This document shows, piece by piece, positions 62,016 to 64,000 of a stretch of DNA of 64,000 nt (position 1 is its first letter; every line of letters starts with the position of its first letter). The translations under genes and the position numbers were made by a program. The notes under the pieces are model-generated. The model saw only the letters and a program-made list of their open reading frames with translations, did not search any database and had not been told where the DNA came from. This stretch comes from Mobula hypostoma (Eukaryota), in NCBI RefSeq assembly GCF_963921235.1, contig NC_086097.1, forward strand, positions 76,138,001-76,202,000. Direction: 5' to 3'.

Positions 62016-62491
62016 TGATTCCTGGGATGGCAGGTCTTTCATATGAAGAAAGACTGGATGAACTGGGCTTGTACTCGTTGGAATTTAGAAGATTGAGGGG
62101 GGATCTGATTGAAACGTATAAGATCCTAAAGGGATTGGACAGGCTAGATGCAGGAAGATTGTTCCCGATGTTGGGGAGGTCTAGAACGAGGGGTCACAGT
62201 TTGAGGATAGAGGGGAAGCCTTTTAGGACCGAGGTTAGGAAAAACTTCTTCACACAGAGAGTGGTGAATCTGTGGAATTCTCTGCCACAGCAAACTGTTG
62301 AGGCCAGTTCATTAGCTATGTTTAAAAGGAAGTTAGATATGGCCCTTGTGGCTACAGGGGTCAGGGGGTATGGAGGGAAGGCTGGGTTCTGAGTTGGATG
62401 ATCAGCCATGATCATAATAAATGGTGGTGCAGGCTCGAAGGGCCGAATGGCCTACTCCTGCACCTATTTTCTATGTTTCTATGTTTCTATG
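62016..62491 (+). mobile_element. Young CR1 3' fragment nearly identical to the 17395-20690 element
   Basis: Identical translation and tail; TSD-like ATGAACA at 61997-62003 and 62489-62495. Confidence 0.96.
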
Positions 62492-62739
62492 AACAGCAGA
62501 TTTTTTTGAAGGTATTGTTTCCTCAGAATTTTTTAGTAGTTATGATAGACCACTTTAAACCAAACACAAATATAATTACAGACTACTTGTATCATGTAGG
62601 AATTTGGAGTAACAAGAAGTTAACTTTTATTAAGTACAATGCGTTTAAGCATTTAATGGCACTGATGCTTTGCAATAGTTCAACTAAGCTGAAAGTGTTT
62701 TGTTAGTGATTTTCATTCATAGTGTCTGAGGCTTCTTGC

Positions 62740-63871
62740 TTTAATGTCCAAGAATATGTCCTGAGGAAACCATTCACCATGCTCATCACTGACAGTACCA
62801 AGATGTGCAGGGAGGAAGTCTAAATGGGAATGCATAAAATAAATCTTCAGTGACTTGTTGCACTCATGGTTTTGTACGCTGGAAGCATGTTGTCAACCAT
62901 GTTGAAGCATGCAGCTTGGTGCTCTGTAGTTGCCAAAAAAAAAATTTCAACAACATCCGTGAATACCTTCCATGAAATTTTCTCTGGTCCCACTAGAAGT
63001 TCTTCCAATTGCCTGTCACTGCTGACCTGTTTGACTTGTGGACCAATAAAAATGCCTTCCTTAATTTTGGTATCAGTTACTCAGGGAAACATTTGTCTAA
63101 AGTATCAAAATCTTTCACCTTCCTTGTTTATTGCTTTCACAAAAATTTTCATAAGCTCCAGTGTTACAGGAAGAGGAGGCAAAAATATCTTTATTGAGTC
63201 TACAAGTGGCTTATGTGCCACAATTTTCTTCTTGGTGGCTTTGAAAGACAGAAATTTTTGTGCCTGCTGACAGCAGATTCCATCCTTGCAGTCTTGAACC
63301 TAGTAATTCTGCTTTTGACTTTGACAAAGCCAAGTCTCTGACCACATCATTTCACTCAGATTGAGTTATCAAAGGAGTCTCACTTGACATAACGGGTTCA
63401 AAATCTGTATCAGTATCAGTGTCATTTTCCATTCCTGCCTCATGCATCATGACATTGTTTCCTGCCTCCTTTAGACTCATGTCTCTGGTGGCTTTGGTAC
63501 TGGAAGGCTATCATCATGTGGCACAGCCTGAAGTTGGGTTATTCAATGGACTTCTTGTTTTTAGCAGAGAAACCAGACGCACTGGTCAGACAGAAGTAGC
63601 AGTCTTTCACATGATCTGCTCTCGCTATATCATCGGGACTGCAAATGGCATTGATTTCCGAGTACCTCTGAGCCAAGCTCTAAGATCGACAATGCTTGTT
63701 GCACAACAAATGTGAGGAGCCCAGGCTTTGTCTTGGTCGTCAATTTTACACCCAAAGTACAGCTCATAGGCTTTCTTAATAAGAGAAGTCATGCTCCATC
63801 TTTGAAATTAAGCAAATTTTGCCAAAAATGTTACAGAAAGTATCATGCCTGTTGCAACATTGGCAAGACAT
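62740..63871 (-). mobile_element. Decayed, internally deleted Chapaev3-like (CMC superfamily) transposase
   Basis: Hand translation gives KKAYELYFGCKIDDQDKAWAPHICC, MPFAVPMI, DHVKDCYFC, LMKIFVKAI, KIKEGIFIGPQ and SLKIYFMHSHLDF...VSDEHGEWF, with stops and frameshifts. Family name is from recall. Confidence 0.78.
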
Positions 63872-64000
63872 TCTGCTATCACAAATTCTCCTGAAAATGC
63901 AATTACTTTATTATAGTGAGTACACAAAATATGGTATGCATGTAGAGCATGCACATCAACATGATCGTAAACTGATATACATGTAAACACAATGCATAGA

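Noticed and set aside
62866..63715. Plus-strand ORFs of 134 and 98 aa
   Set aside because: They are antisense to the decayed transposase.

Overview
Vertebrate genomic DNA. The repeat families suggest a cartilaginous fish, probably a ray (inference). Three genes are recognisable: the terminal coding exon of ARHGAP11A (+, to 878), the single coding exon of GREM1 (+, 52220-52735, with a probable non-coding first exon near 35.3-35.4 kb in a CpG-rich domain), and the last two coding exons of FMN1 (-, 61419-61500 and 59479-59523; missed by the ORF track). SCG5, which lies between ARHGAP11A and GREM1 in human and mouse, was not found. The GREM1 and FMN1 stop codons are only about 6.7 kb apart, with no recognisable transposon between them. 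The rest is dense with mobile elements: CR1, Rex1/Babar and RTE LINEs, Penelope-like elements, tRNA-derived SINEs, and Tc1, mariner, Tigger, Harbinger, hAT and Chapaev3 relics. Top leads: (1) a young CR1 with an intact 999-codon ORF2 that has no AUG before codon 202 and overlaps ORF1 in the -1 frame across an in-register U_UUA_AAC slippery heptamer, suggesting programmed -1 frameshifting; (2) Penelope-like repeats carrying minimal hammerhead ribozyme motifs, including a 179-bp hairpin insertion; (3) a fold-back mariner element with a second pair of terminal inverted repeats (TIRs) nested inside it. All calls were made by eye with no database searches, and boundaries of old repeats are approximate.
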